A DNA stretch of 64,000 bases, taken from Enoplolaimus lenunculus (lineage: Eukaryota). The notes beneath the pieces are model-generated. The model searched no databases, was not told the origin of the DNA, and saw only the letters and a program-made list of their open reading frames with translations. Below, piece after piece: positions 63,768 to 64,000 of this stretch. The stretch spans positions 372,001-436,000 of the forward strand of contig JASANG010002859.1 in assembly GCA_030248215.1 (NCBI GenBank), given 5' to 3'. The position numbers and the translations under genes were made by a program. Positions within the stretch are counted from its first letter, which is position 1. The number at the start of each line of letters is the position of its first letter.

Positions 63768-64000
63768 ATCTATGTACACTACTTTTAGTGTACTACTTCG
63801 CTGCAATCTTTTTAAACTTTTCCAAGTGCAAATTTGTGTTGAAAATTTATTTACGATTATGCTTTACACTTGAAGCTGCATTTTAGTATGAATCAGGACA
63901 AAACATTTGAGCTAAAGCTTAACATCAGTTGCCGGAACAGTTCTTTCCCAGAATATGAATTCGCTCCAGAAAAAATTAAATGCAATGTGTTAATTTAGGG

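Noticed and set aside
1..64000. Autonomous transposase, Rep/helicase or reverse transcriptase gene
   Set aside because: The longest ORF is 168 aa and repeat-derived; no DDE, RT or helicase motifs were seen.

Overview
AT-rich eukaryotic (animal) genomic DNA. A nematode source is the best fit, by inference from abundant TTAGGC repeats, TTTCAG-type splice acceptors and an FMRFamide-like precursor. One clearly intact gene is present: an intron-free neuropeptide precursor CDS (44669-45085, +) with a signal peptide and five dibasic-flanked A(R/A/N)MYRF-Gly units, predicted to give AxMYRFamides, a motif I do not recognise from named FLP families. A probably decayed spliced gene for a single-pass membrane protein lies at about 7014-9153. 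The rest is dense with short non-autonomous DNA transposons. (i) About 30 copies or fragments (manual count) of GGCC-ended, 8-9 bp TSD (Merlin-like) MITEs carry oriented TTAGGC arrays. (ii) TTAA-flanked piggyBac-type MITEs carry a tRNA-Gly-derived Pol III module. (iii) Tc1/mariner-type, CAC-ended (CACTA-like) and hAT-type MITEs, a DINE-1/HINE-like Helentron derivative and Helitron-like 5' ends also occur. Several tandem arrays (83, 61, 103, 136, 161 and about 1090 bp units) are present, and several are built from or fused to transposon ends, including one just upstream of the neuropeptide gene. I recognise no transposase, reverse transcriptase, rRNA or CRISPR array. Most ORFs in the track are artefacts of the TTAGGC repeats.
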